Under the pieces are notes generated by a model, which saw only the letters and a list, made by a program, of their open reading frames with translations, did not search any database and was not told where the DNA came from. Below, one piece after another: positions 28,425 through 38,088 of a stretch of 55,714 nucleotides of DNA (position 1 is the stretch's first letter; each line of letters opens with the position of its first letter). The stretch is taken from positions 1-55,714 of the forward strand of contig JACQTJ010000021.1 of the NCBI GenBank assembly GCA_016210855.1, read 5' to 3'. Made by a program: the position numbers and the translations under genes. Origin of the DNA: Acidobacteriota bacterium (lineage in GTDB: Bacteria; Acidobacteriota; Terriglobia; Acidiferrales; 2-02-FULL-67-57).

Positions 28425-30035
28425 CTACGTGTCGCTGAGAAGGCGGTTGAGTTCTGAGAGGGCCACGTTAACCCGGGAGGCGATTGCTTGGAAAACTTCA
28501 CCAGTCGTTGCGCTGCCGTATAACCCTAGCTGGTTCATTACGCGTTGTAATTCTTGCGGGTCTATTCGGTGGACTGCTCCACCTGATGACCGAAGCTGCT
28601 GCAGGAGGCGGAGCGGTTTGACAATTGCTGTAGAGTCATGCTTGCCAGCAAACTGTTCGCCAAGGAACAGGTCAAGGACACTAAGAGGCGGCACGGGCTG
28701 ACCTTTCTCGTCGCAGAGGGTAGACCGGTCTTTGACAAGCTGCGTCAGCTTCTTCACAGCAATTGAGTCTTGGAGGAGTTTGCACAGGTTGAGGAGTTGA
28801 TCGTTGAGTTCCTGTTGTTCGTTCGTAACAGGTTGATGCAGGGTCTTGAGGATATCCACCTGTCTCGGGTCCAGGTCAAGGAAAAGAGGGAAGCCGTGCT
28901 TCGCTTTGAACTGTTCGTTGATATCTGAACGCAGCCTAGTGATCTTGTGCTCTATCCGTTCCAAGTCCACGAACTGGGCTTGCATCTGCGTGGCCCAGAA
29001 CTCGCCGCTCAGCTTACCCACGGGGGCGGCGTTATGTGCCTTCCAGTGGAGCTGTTCTTCGTGTGGGAGATGTCCTAAGTCGCCTAGCCATACATGAACA
29101 TACCCTTCATTGTTGATGCCATAGGATATCCCCCAGAAATGAAGGTCTCGAATGTAGCCAGGCTCTACTGTATAGCGCCTAGGGTTGTCATAGTATTTCT
29201 TCAAGACTCGTAGCTCGAAGAAGACAGGCGTCAAGAACTCCTGCCCACTGCACGGCAGTAGTTTGGGGTCGCCGCTTTGTGGGTCGCGACCAACTACGAA
29301 CTCGGCGTACTCACGTTTCTCGTCGTTTGAACTCCGACTATCGGGATGTGCAGGTTTCGAGTAGCCATGAAGAAGATCCTTTCCAAGTATCCTCCCCACA
29401 GTTCTTGGCCCCTGAAGGCCCGGCACGGTGGAGACGGACACCAAGAAGTTGCTTTCGTCGATCTTGGGCTTCCACTGACCGGAAAGTGCTTCGTGCTTCC
29501 CCACGATTTGGCGGCGGTGGTCATGAAATCTGACCAGAACGGCCTTACGTGCAGCCAGAAAATCCTTCAGTTGATGAGCACGCACAAGGACTCTGTTTGG
29601 TGACAACCGAATAACCACCTCTTCGGTCACAGGATCGATAAGCTCCTGTTCCCGTTCGTAAAGATTGTGGTACAAGAGAAACTCCTGCAACACATCGAAC
29701 CTGGCCGGGTATATGCCGTGGAAGTTTCTCCGGATTATGAAGGCCTTTACTGGATAGTCCGGCGTGCTGCCGTCGGGCGAGTACACTGGACGGCCTCCGT
29801 AGAGGCCCAGGAAGGCAGGATATCCACTCGGGTGAATTGGTCCCCATTCGGGACTCTTCAGGACTGATGTCAGGTTTTTCTTTGTGCGCCGCAGAATTCC
29901 GCTACCCATGTGGAAATCGCCGTGACTGGAGTCATCGCTTTGAGCCACTGTTATCCAATCTCCCATCTCCCGGCCGCTAGCTAGCCAATCGCGGAAGCGA
30001 AGATAATCGAGTGGTTGTTGCTCCGTCACGTTCAT
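28425..30035 (-). CDS. Low-GC hypothetical protein, 536 aa, with C-terminal HEPN-like RxxxxxxH
   Basis: Long ORF with visibly lower GC than flanks; LRSSGGAVHR near C-terminus. Confidence 0.75.
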   Translation of the reverse strand: MNVTEQQPLDYLRFRDWLASGREMGDWITVAQSDDSSHGDFHMGSGILRRTKKNLTSVLKSPEWGPIHPSGYPAFLGLYGGRPVYSPDGSTPDYPVKAFIIRRNFHGIYPARFDVLQEFLLYHNLYEREQELIDPVTEEVVIRLSPNRVLVRAHQLKDFLAARKAVLVRFHDHRRQIVGKHEALSGQWKPKIDESNFLVSVSTVPGLQGPRTVGRILGKDLLHGYSKPAHPDSRSSNDEKREYAEFVVGRDPQSGDPKLLPCSGQEFLTPVFFELRVLKKYYDNPRRYTVEPGYIRDLHFWGISYGINNEGYVHVWLGDLGHLPHEEQLHWKAHNAAPVGKLSGEFWATQMQAQFVDLERIEHKITRLRSDINEQFKAKHGFPLFLDLDPRQVDILKTLHQPVTNEQQELNDQLLNLCKLLQDSIAVKKLTQLVKDRSTLCDEKGQPVPPLSVLDLFLGEQFAGKHDSTAIVKPLRLLQQLRSSGGAVHRIDPQELQRVMNQLGLYGSATTGEVFQAIASRVNVALSELNRLLSDT

Positions 30036-30085
30036 AAATACTGGCTTGAAAACACAAACGTGTCACACACTACCGGTTGCAGCCT

Positions 30086-30343
30086 TCATTTCTTCCGTCC
30101 GAGCGTGAAGATAAGCGGGATGCCCACCAGCAGGCCGGGGACGGCGAGCAGCAGGAAAGTGCTGCCGTCGCGGGCCCAGACGAACTGGTAGGTAACCATT
30201 GGCGCGGGGAGTTCCTCCCGGGCCACCTTGGCCTTGGTGCGATCCCACAGGCCGGGCTCCTCGACGTGGCGAGCAGCGTAGGCGAAAGCAAAGGCCAGCC
30301 AGGCGGCCAGGAGCCACACCACAATCAGTTGCTTCTTGTTCAT
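30086..30343 (-). CDS. Small two-TM hypothetical protein
   Basis: MNKKQLIVVW; two hydrophobic segments. Confidence 0.65.
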   Translation of the reverse strand: MNKKQLIVVWLLAAWLAFAFAYAARHVEEPGLWDRTKAKVAREELPAPMVTYQFVWARDGSTFLLLAVPGLLVGIPLIFTLGRKK

Positions 30344-30408
30344 GCCGTTTTCTTCCCTGACGGCGAGGGGCAAGCCTTTGCCTTGCCCAAGCGGCCGTCG
30401 GACTTATT

Positions 30409-30513
30409 TGTCATTCTGAGCGGAGCCCCTGCGCCGAGAAACGGTTCAGGTTCAAGTTCGCGGGGGGAGCGAAGAATCTCAGTCTGAGATGCTTCGCTTC
30501 GCTCAGCATGACA
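30409..30513. repeat. TGTCA-tagged palindromic repeat doublet
   Basis: TGTCATTCTGAGCG...GAAGAATCTC / GAGATGCTTCGCTTCGCTCAGCATGACA. Confidence 0.9.
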
Positions 30514-30540
30514 GATTGTCCGATTGGGCATGGCAACTCC

Positions 30541-31683
30541 TTAGCGCCGGAACTGGTTCAGGAAGCGGACGTCGTTCTGGAAGAAGAGCTGCAAGTCGTC
30601 CACGCCGTGCTTCACCATGGCGAAGCGCTCCACCCCCATGCCGAAGGCGAAGCCCGAGAGTTGGCCCGGGTCGTAGCCCACAAAACCATAGACGGCCGGG
30701 TCCACCATGCCGGCGCCGAAGAGCTCGATCCAACCCGTGTGCTTGCAGACCCGGCAGCCCGAGCCTTTGCAGATCGAGCAGCTGGCGGCCAGGTCGGCCG
30801 AGGGCTCGGTGAAGGGGAAGTAGCTGGCCGCGAAGCGGGTCTTCGTCTCCGGCCCGAAGAACTCCCGCAAGAAGTACTCCATCGTCCCCTTGAACTCACA
30901 GAAGGTGATGTCGCGGTCCACGGCCAGCCCCTCGACCTGGTGGAACATAAAGGAGTGGGTGGCGTCGGGATTGTCGCGCCGGTAGGTCTTGCCGGGCACG
31001 ACCACGCGCACCGGCGGCTTCTGCTTCTCCATGGTGCGGATCTGGACCGGCGAGGTGTGCGTGCGCAGCAGCAGGAACTGCTTCGGGTCGCTCCGCTGTC
31101 CGCGGAGCTCCGCGGGCAGGGCGCTGGCGGGGGCGTCCAGGTAGAAGGTGTCCATCGTGTCCCGGGCCGGGTGGTGTTCGGGGAGGTTGAGGGCTTCGAA
31201 GTTGTAATAGTCGGTCTCTACCTCCGGCCCTTCCACCACGGAAAAACCGATGCGGGCGAAGATGTCGCAGATCTCCTCGATGGTTTGGGTGATTAAATGG
31301 CGCGCCCCCCGGCGAACGGCCAGTCCGGGGAGGCTGAAGTCGAGCGCTTCGGCGGTCGTGGCCGGCGCTGCCTCAAGCTGCCGCTTGCGCTCCGCCAGGG
31401 CCTGCTCGACATGCGCCCGCAGCGCGTTCAGTTGTTTGCCGACTTCAGGCTTGAGGTCGGCCCCGGCCGGGAGCAGCCAGTTGTTCTTGACCTGGGTGAG
31501 GACGCCTTTCTTGCGGCCCAGCCAATGGTCGCGCATGCCCTGCCAGGATTCGGGGCTGTCGGTGCGGGCGAGTCCCCACTCGAAGGCCGCCCGCAAGCCA
31601 GCGAAGAGTGCCTCCAGGCTCGCGGGGGAAGAGACACCCAGCTCGCGCAATGTCTTACTGCTCTTGCCAACGAGGTCAGTCAT
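30541..31683 (-). CDS. pheS: Phenylalanine-tRNA ligase alpha subunit
   Basis: HHPARD, LRTHTSPVQ, FHQVEG, YFPFTEPS, GFAFGMGVER. Confidence 0.98.
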   Translation of the reverse strand: MTDLVGKSSKTLRELGVSSPASLEALFAGLRAAFEWGLARTDSPESWQGMRDHWLGRKKGVLTQVKNNWLLPAGADLKPEVGKQLNALRAHVEQALAERKRQLEAAPATTAEALDFSLPGLAVRRGARHLITQTIEEICDIFARIGFSVVEGPEVETDYYNFEALNLPEHHPARDTMDTFYLDAPASALPAELRGQRSDPKQFLLLRTHTSPVQIRTMEKQKPPVRVVVPGKTYRRDNPDATHSFMFHQVEGLAVDRDITFCEFKGTMEYFLREFFGPETKTRFAASYFPFTEPSADLAASCSICKGSGCRVCKHTGWIELFGAGMVDPAVYGFVGYDPGQLSGFAFGMGVERFAMVKHGVDDLQLFFQNDVRFLNQFRR

Positions 31684-31812
31684 AGGAGTGTGCTGAGCCC
31701 CGAGGCCCCTGCCGCGGGGCGTTGGATTCGGCAGTTTACACGAGAGAATCCAAAGCTCAAAGACACCCCGAGCCCTGAGGTCAACTGGAGATTGGGGGTC
31801 AGGGGGCTCCGG

Positions 31813-32175
31813 TTAGACCGGAGCGGAGGCCTGCTTGGCAGTGGCCGCCAGGGCCGCAAAACCCTGGGGGTCGCGCACGGCGATATCGGCCAGCACCTTG
31901 CGGTCGAGTTCGATGCCGGCCTGGCGCAGGCCGTCCATCAGGCGCGCATAGTTCAGGTCGTGCTCGCGGGCGGCGGCGTTCAGCCGCACGATCCAGAGGC
32001 TGCGGAACTCGCGCTTCTTCCGGCGCCGGTGGCGGAAGGCGAACTCCATCGCCCGCCGCACCGCCAGCCGGGCCTGCCGGTGCAGCTTCGATTTGGTCAG
32101 GAAGTAGCCCTTGGCCTGCCGGAGAATCTTCTTCCGGCGGCGGGCGCGCTTGAAACCTCGTTTGACTCGGGCCAT
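31813..32175 (-). CDS. rplT: 50S ribosomal protein L20
   Basis: [30 protein letters not shown]. Confidence 0.98.
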   Translation of the reverse strand: MARVKRGFKRARRRKKILRQAKGYFLTKSKLHRQARLAVRRAMEFAFRHRRRKKREFRSLWIVRLNAAAREHDLNYARLMDGLRQAGIELDRKVLADIAVRDPQGFAALAATAKQASAPV

Positions 32176-32194
32176 GAGTGCGGTCCGGTCCTTT

Positions 32195-32401
32195 CTACAT
32201 CTTCTTCCAGTAGGGCAGCAGGCGCTTGACCTGAGCCTGATCGGCCTCGCTCACCCCCACCGTCCGGCCCAGGGCCCGCTTGCGCTTGCGCCCCTTGCCG
32301 GTCAGCAGGTGTCTCACGTAGGCCTGGCCCCGCAGGAACTTTCCTCGCCCGGTCTTGCGGACTCGCTTGGCCGTGCCCCGGTGGGTCTTCAGCTTAGGCA
32401 T
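32195..32401 (-). CDS. rpmI: 50S ribosomal protein L35
   Basis: [17 protein letters not shown]. Confidence 0.97.
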   Translation of the reverse strand: MPKLKTHRGTAKRVRKTGRGKFLRGQAYVRHLLTGKGRKRKRALGRTVGVSEADQAQVKRLLPYWKKM

Positions 32402-32981
32402 TGGCGGCTTCGCTCGAAGCGGCGGGCTTGCCCGACTCCGGCTTCGACGGCCGCTTGCCGGATTGCGCCTTGGGGGCCAGCACGGTGATCATCGCCCGGC
32501 CTTCCATGTAAGGCCGAATCTCCGGAGCGCCGTACTCGGCGACTTCGCCGATCAGCTTCTCCAGCTTCTGCCGCCCCAGGTTGGCGTGGGCGATCTCCCG
32601 GCCCCGGAACATCATCACCAGCTTCACCTTGTCGCCCTCCTCCAGGAACCGCACCACGTGGTTCTTCTTGAACTCGTAGTCGTGCTGGTCGGTGCGGGGA
32701 CGCAGCTTGACCTCTTTGATGCGGATGCCCTTCTGGTGCTTGCGCTGCTCATGGAGCTTTTTGTTGAGCTCGTAGAGGTACTTGCCGTAGTCCATGATTT
32801 TGCAAACCGGCGGCACGGCGGTGGGGGAGATTTCCACCAGGTCGAGTCCCCGGTCGCGGGCCAACTTCACGGCTTCGTGCGGGGGCAGGACGCCGATTTG
32901 CTGGCCGGTTTCGTCAATCAAGCGGACTTCGCGAGTGCGAATCCGCTCATTCACCCGCAGGCTTCGGTTCGATACGCTCGT
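32394..32981 (-). CDS. infC: Translation initiation factor IF-3 (probable ACG start)
   Basis: NERIR, GLDLVEI, PPVCKIMDYGK, FRGRE; AGGAGG 7 nt before in-frame ACG. Confidence 0.95.
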   Translation of the reverse strand, partial: TSVSNRSLRVNERIRTREVRLIDETGQQIGVLPPHEAVKLARDRGLDLVEISPTAVPPVCKIMDYGKYLYELNKKLHEQRKHQKGIRIKEVKLRPRTDQHDYEFKKNHVVRFLEEGDKVKLVMMFRGREIAHANLGRQKLEKLIGEVAEYGAPEIRPYMEGRAMITVLAPKAQSGKRPSKPESGKPAASSEAANA

Positions 32982-33198
32982 AGCTCAGCCTCCTAAAAAA
33001 AGAGTCACCCGCGCCGCACGCCCCCTCGCCGCCAGACTCAGACGGCTGGGGGCAAGTCCGCGAGCTTGCCAGAGACGGCAGGCGCGGCTTCGGTCGGCCC
33101 GGGTGTCATCAATTCTCCCCCGCGCGGCGCTTCACCTCCCCGCTCCGCGCGGGCGCAGAAAGGCGGACAGTATAGCACATTCGGGCAGGGAGCAAGGG

Positions 33199-35139
33199 CT
33201 AGGTCTCGACCGCCCGGGTCTCGACCCGGCGGGCGAGCTCTCGCTGGAACTCGGCCAACGGCTGCGGCCCCAGGTCGCCCCGGCTGCGGGAGCGGACGCT
33301 GACGGTTCCGGCTTCCTTTTCCTTCTGGCCGCAGATGAGCATGTAGGGAATCTTTTGCAGCTGGGCGTCGCGGATCTTGGCCTGGAGCTTTTCGTTGCGG
33401 GCGTCGAGCTCAACCCGGAAGCCGTCGGCGCGCAACTGGTCGGCCACCTGGCCGCCGTAGTCGGCCGCTTTCTCGCTCACCGGCAGCACCACCACCTGCA
33501 CCGGGGCCAGCCACACCGGGAAGGCGCCCGCGTAATGCTCGATCAGGACGCCAAAGAAGCGCTCCACCGACCCCCACAGGGCCCGGTGCACCATCACCGG
33601 ACGATGGAAGGCGCCGTCGGCGGCGGTGTACTTCAGATCGAAGCGCTCCGGGAGGTTGAAGTCGAACTGGATGGTCGAAAGTTGCCAGGGACGCCCAATG
33701 GCATCCACCAGCTTGACGTCAATCTTCGGGCCGTAGAAGACGGCCTCGCCTTGCATGCGCTTGAAGAGGAGGCCCATGTGGTTCAGGGTCGAGAGCAGCG
33801 CCCCCTCGGCCCGCTCCCAGTCTTCCACTTTGCCGGCGTAGTGCTCCGGACGAGCGGGGTCGCGGACGGAAAGCTCCACTTCGAAGCGCTCGAAGCCGAA
33901 GGTCTTCAGGGCGTCCAGGGCGAACTGGACGCAGCCGCGGATTTCGCCTTCCACCTGGTCCGGGGTGCAGAAGATGTGGGCGTCGTCCACGGTAAAGCCG
34001 CGCACCCGCAGCAGCCCGTGCACCACGCCCGAGCGCTCGTAGCGATAGACGGTGCCGAGCTCGGCCAGCCGCAGCGGCAGTTCCCGGTAGCTGCGCCGGC
34101 GGTCGCGGTAGATGAGGATGTGGCCCGGACAGTTCATGGGCTTGAGCTGGTAAGGGGCCTTTTCGACCTCCATCCCCGGGAACATATTCTCCTGGTACCA
34201 GTTCAGGTGCCCGCTGGTCTTCCACAACTCCTGCCGCATCACGTGCGGGGTGAAAACCAGCTGGTAGCCACGGCGCCGGTACTCGGCCCGCAGCCAGTCC
34301 TCCATCAAGGTACGCACCAGGCCGCCCTTGGGGTGCCAGAAGATCAGACCCGGCCCGGCTTCTGGCTGCAGGCTGAAGAGGTCGAGCTCCGGCCCGAGCT
34401 TGCGGTGGTCGCGGCGCCGGGCTTCTTCGAGCCGGTGCAGGAAGTCGTCGAGCTCGGCCTGGGAGGGGAAGCTGGTGCCGTAGATGCGCTGCATCTGCGG
34501 ATTGCCCTCGACGCCTTTCCAATAGGCGCCCGCCACGGAAAGCAGCTTGAATGCCTTGATCCGCCCGGCGGAGGGGATGTGCGGGCCGCGGCAAAAGTCA
34601 ACAAACTTGCCGGTGACGTAGACGCTGACTTCGTTGCCCACGCCCTTCTCCCGGATGAACTCGCACTTGAAGTCTTGCTGCTGCTCGGCGTAAAAGCGCA
34701 GGCACTCTTCCCGCGGCATCATGCGGCGCTCGAAGGGCAGGTCGCGGTCACGCAGCTCCGCCATCTTCCGCTCGATTTTCTCCAGGTCCTCCGGGGTAAA
34801 GGGCTGCTCGCGGTAGAACTCGTAGAAGAAGCCCTGGTCGGTGGGCGGACCCACGCCCAGCTTCACCTCCGGGAAGAGCTCGAGCACCGCTGCAGCCAGC
34901 AAGTGCGCGGAGCTGTGGCGGAAAACGAACATCCCCTCGGGGTCGTCCGGGGTCAGGAAGTTCAAGGGGGTATCGCGCTCGAGCGGCTGGTTGAGGTCAA
35001 TCAGCTCGCCGTTCGCCCGGGCCACGATGGCCTGCTCGGCCAGGCGGGTGTTCAGCTTCTTCAACACCTCAAGCGGCGTCGTGCGCTTGCGGACCTGCTC
35101 GACCTGCCCGTCCGGCAGCGTGATTTTGATGGTATCCAT
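33199..35139 (-). CDS. thrS: Threonine-tRNA ligase
   Basis: TGS domain, HSSAHLLA, RDHRKLG, KPMNCPGH, FYGPKID, HRALWGS. Confidence 0.98.
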   Translation of the reverse strand: MDTIKITLPDGQVEQVRKRTTPLEVLKKLNTRLAEQAIVARANGELIDLNQPLERDTPLNFLTPDDPEGMFVFRHSSAHLLAAAVLELFPEVKLGVGPPTDQGFFYEFYREQPFTPEDLEKIERKMAELRDRDLPFERRMMPREECLRFYAEQQQDFKCEFIREKGVGNEVSVYVTGKFVDFCRGPHIPSAGRIKAFKLLSVAGAYWKGVEGNPQMQRIYGTSFPSQAELDDFLHRLEEARRRDHRKLGPELDLFSLQPEAGPGLIFWHPKGGLVRTLMEDWLRAEYRRRGYQLVFTPHVMRQELWKTSGHLNWYQENMFPGMEVEKAPYQLKPMNCPGHILIYRDRRRSYRELPLRLAELGTVYRYERSGVVHGLLRVRGFTVDDAHIFCTPDQVEGEIRGCVQFALDALKTFGFERFEVELSVRDPARPEHYAGKVEDWERAEGALLSTLNHMGLLFKRMQGEAVFYGPKIDVKLVDAIGRPWQLSTIQFDFNLPERFDLKYTAADGAFHRPVMVHRALWGSVERFFGVLIEHYAGAFPVWLAPVQVVVLPVSEKAADYGGQVADQLRADGFRVELDARNEKLQAKIRDAQLQKIPYMLICGQKEKEAGTVSVRSRSRGDLGPQPLAEFQRELARRVETRAVET

Positions 35140-35344
35140 GGCCGCTCAGTCTCGCCCCACCAGGCGCAGAAACCATAAAACTAACAGACGCCCGCCCGCA
35201 GCGTCAAATCGAGCTGCCCGGCAGAGGAGCCCTACGCCGCGACCGAGATGCGTCCGGAGACGCGTCCGGACGCATGAGAAAGCCTTTCCAGGAGAAGCGG
35301 GCGAGGCCCCAGGGCAACGCCTGGACCCTAGCCAGCGCCTTGTT

Positions 35345-35388
35345 TGTCATTCCGAGCGCAGCCCGCAGCGCAGGCGAGGAATCTGCTT
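35345..35388. repeat. TGTCA-tagged repeat, single arm
   Basis: TGTCATTCCGAGCG...GAGGAATCTGCTT. Confidence 0.75.
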
Positions 35389-35467
35389 GTCACGGTGCTA
35401 GTTGCAGTGGGCTCGACATTAACGGTTTGCCTGGGGGGCAAACCGGCCGTGCTAGAATCCGCCCCCC

Positions 35468-36385
35468 ATGAGGTTGGGCACCTGCTCGCTGGCGTTGCTC
35501 CTGGCAGCCTGCCTGGTCACGGCAGCCGCAGAAGAGCCGAAGCCGCCGATGCAGGTCATCCTGCTTGGCACCGGTTACCCGCGGCCCGACCCGGAGCGCG
35601 CCGGCCCCGCTACCGCGCTTGTGGTCGGCGAGAAGCTCTTCATTGTGGATGCCGGCCGCGGCGTCGTCCTGCGCTTGGCCGCTGCCGAGCTGCCCGCCGC
35701 CTGCGGCGTGGCCGGGAGCAAGTGCTTGCGCGCCGTCTTCCTCACTCACCTGCACTCCGATCACACCAGCGGCCTGCCCGACCTGTTCACCACGAGTTGG
35801 ATCTTCGGCCGGCACCAGCCCCTTGAGCTTTACGGCCCGAAGGGCACAAAGGAGATGGCCGCGGCGCTGGAGAAGTTTTTCGCCGCCGACATCCGCATTC
35901 GCCGCGACCTCACCGAAATGCATCCCGGCGCCGGCACCACCCTCAACGCGCACACCCTCAAGGAAGGCGTGGTCTACGAGGACTCGGACGTCCGCATCAC
36001 CGCCTTCGCCGTGGACCACCGGCCCGTCGTGCCGGTCTTCGGCTACCGCTTCGATAGCGGAGGGAAAAGCGTCGTGATCTCCGGCGATACTCGCCCCAGT
36101 GAGAATCTAATCAAGCACGCCAAAGGCGCCGACATCCTCATCCACGAGGCTTACTTACCGGAGCACTTTGACCGCGTGGACACGCCCGAAGTGGCCGCGC
36201 GCCTCAAGGCTTACCACTCGAGCGCCGAAGAAGCCGGCCAGGTGGCTGCCCAGGCCGGCGTGAAGCTCCTGGTGCTCACGCACTTGGTTCCCGGCGAGAC
36301 CGAAAGCGAGCGAGTCTTCCTCGAGCGCGCCGGCAAACACTTTAAGGGCAAGATCGTCGTCGGCCGCGACCTGCTGCGGTTCTGA
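35468..36385 (+). CDS. Secreted MBL-fold hydrolase (RNase Z/AtsA-like)
   Basis: Signal peptide; LLGTG, THLHSDH, ISGDT, LTHL. Confidence 0.9.
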   Translation: MRLGTCSLALLLAACLVTAAAEEPKPPMQVILLGTGYPRPDPERAGPATALVVGEKLFIVDAGRGVVLRLAAAELPAACGVAGSKCLRAVFLTHLHSDHTSGLPDLFTTSWIFGRHQPLELYGPKGTKEMAAALEKFFAADIRIRRDLTEMHPGAGTTLNAHTLKEGVVYEDSDVRITAFAVDHRPVVPVFGYRFDSGGKSVVISGDTRPSENLIKHAKGADILIHEAYLPEHFDRVDTPEVAARLKAYHSSAEEAGQVAAQAGVKLLVLTHLVPGETESERVFLERAGKHFKGKIVVGRDLLRF

Positions 36386-36403
36386 GCCTTCCCTTTCTTG
36401 GCC

Positions 36404-36511
36404 TGTCATCCCGAGCGCAGCGAGGGATCTGCTTTTCCGGGCAAGCAGATTCCTCGCCGCCCCTTCGACTTCGCTCAGGGCAAGCAAGGCAGGCAAGGGC
36501 TCGGAATGACA
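36404..36511. repeat. TGTCA-tagged palindromic repeat doublet with nested CCCTTCGAC element
   Basis: TGTCATCCCGAGCGCAGCGAGGGATCTGC / GCAGATTCCTCG...GCTCGGAATGACA. Confidence 0.9.
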
Positions 36512-36541
36512 AACAGAGACGAAGGGATAGCCGTAGAGCGG

Positions 36542-36817
36542 TTATGAAGGTGGAAGCAAGCCTTTCTGTCTGAGGATCTCAATGTATCCTTGCCGATCGA
36601 GAGGGCACGCCACAAGCTGCCGAAATTGTTCTTCATTAAGCCGAAGTTGCTGTCGTATTAAGTGAGGTGTCTTTCCCTTAAGCTCGCCTTTCCCGTGGGA
36701 GCGCTTGGTCATGAGAATGCGCCTGCCTTCATGCACGAACCAAGCAAGTTTGTCCCTTGCTTCTCGGATTTCCATTCCGAGCTTCCCGAATGCGCGATCT
36801 ATGTCGGCGGCCTTCAC
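36542..36817 (-). CDS. HicA-like putative toxin
   Basis: 91 aa basic; FGKLGM...TKRSHG...IRQQLRL. Confidence 0.55.
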   Translation of the reverse strand: MKAADIDRAFGKLGMEIREARDKLAWFVHEGRRILMTKRSHGKGELKGKTPHLIRQQLRLNEEQFRQLVACPLDRQGYIEILRQKGLLPPS

Positions 36818-36820
36818 GGA

Positions 36821-37366
36821 CTAGTTCTCGCAAACGAGGTTGGATAGTATGCGGAGGTGCTTTGCTGGAAGCGGGCCAAGCGTTTCGGCTGACTGGCGCA
36901 GTTGCAGATAATACTCTACAAACGTTTGCTTGAGGTCAGCGAGCGCCTCGAATTCGGTTTCTCCTTCTCCAAAAACTTCACATTCATAGTATGTGGCGGT
37001 AACGATTCCTTCGCTGTGCTCGATGACGACGAGAATCGGCCGGTTTAACACGAAAGCTTCGTCCAGAGTCTCAACCGGAACAATCTTTGCTGGAGTCCGT
37101 TGCCCCTTGCTAAGGCCAAGCTCATTTTTGATCGCAGTGCACGTTTCAGCAACAGCTTCGATTCTTGAAACGGCTTCCTTGAGTAATGCTCGTTCTTCTC
37201 CGCCCCAAAGCCGGACAGTCTCTAGGACGCTGACGATCATTTGCGCGCGCTCATCATCAAGGGGCTCGTGCTCAGGGTCCACAAAAGTTCGTGTGCGTCG
37301 CTCACGCGCGTACAGGAAGCGATCCACAACAAAGGGCGGAATGGGTTGCATTTGCCTAGTTCTCAC
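36821..37366 (-). CDS. Protein with C-terminal HicB-like antitoxin domain
   Basis: VVIEH...VFGEGETEFEALADLK resembles the HicB partial RNase H fold. Confidence 0.55.
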   Translation of the reverse strand: MRTRQMQPIPPFVVDRFLYARERRTRTFVDPEHEPLDDERAQMIVSVLETVRLWGGEERALLKEAVSRIEAVAETCTAIKNELGLSKGQRTPAKIVPVETLDEAFVLNRPILVVIEHSEGIVTATYYECEVFGEGETEFEALADLKQTFVEYYLQLRQSAETLGPLPAKHLRILSNLVCEN

Positions 37367-38022
37367 GCCTTCGCCTCCGTTGCGTCCCGGGCGAACTTTT
37401 GAGAGATGACCGTGGCTAGGTCTAGCACGTTCGTCAAGAACTTCTCCGCGTCAGACACTTTATAACTGAAGCTCACGTTGTGAAAGATGCGGTCGCCAGG
37501 TGCCAACTCCATGATAACACTGAATTCGGGTTTTTTCGCTGATGGTCTTTCTTTGACGTTCACCCTAACGCCAGCTATTTCTGAGTGCTCGAAACCAGCC
37601 TGCGGGTACGCTATTGGCAGTTTGGGCACCGATTCATACTTGTCACGAGTATAGAAGTACCTTGCGTGTACATCGGCAACTTGGCCTCGGATGAGTTCTG
37701 GATGGGAAGAAAGAAAGTCAAAGGCCGGCGGTAATTTGGACTTCAGGCGAGCAAAGCGTGGCCGATCTCCCACGCCAAACGAAATATGCACGTGTAATTG
37801 CGCCTTCCTCTTGCTAGGTCGTCTCTTCCGAGAATGAGCCAAAAGGGAACAATAGTACTTTTCCTTTTCACCAATATATTCCTGGTACGCAAGGTAGCTC
37901 CAGTCTTGCGTAGGTGAAAACTCTTTTCCAAATATGCGCGATGCATCTGATGGTGACAAGTCGGGCGAAAAATCTATATCCAACCCACTGCAGTGCCAGC
38001 TTGCCAACTCAGGCTTTGTCAT
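37363..38022 (-). CDS. Low-GC hypothetical protein, 219 aa
   Basis: Long ORF in AT-richer island; GTGA overlap with next gene. Confidence 0.65.
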   Translation of the reverse strand: MTKPELASWHCSGLDIDFSPDLSPSDASRIFGKEFSPTQDWSYLAYQEYIGEKEKYYCSLLAHSRKRRPSKRKAQLHVHISFGVGDRPRFARLKSKLPPAFDFLSSHPELIRGQVADVHARYFYTRDKYESVPKLPIAYPQAGFEHSEIAGVRVNVKERPSAKKPEFSVIMELAPGDRIFHNVSFSYKVSDAEKFLTNVLDLATVISQKFARDATEAKA

Positions 38023-38088
38023 GACGAGGTCATTAGAGCATAGTCTCGTGGGGCACGCAATTTACAGCTACCAAACAAGTTACATATC

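Noticed and set aside
31684-31812. Attenuator or T-box before pheS (likewise 35140-35340 before thrS)
   Set aside because: GC hairpins only; no T-box consensus or Phe-rich leader peptide seen.
32995-33198. L20 leader or other cis-regulatory RNA upstream of infC
   Set aside because: A candidate promoter (TGcTATACT) and hairpins are present but no family match can be supported without a covariance search.
36542-38088. Island as an IS or prophage
   Set aside because: No transposase, integrase, terminal repeats or duplicated att site found.
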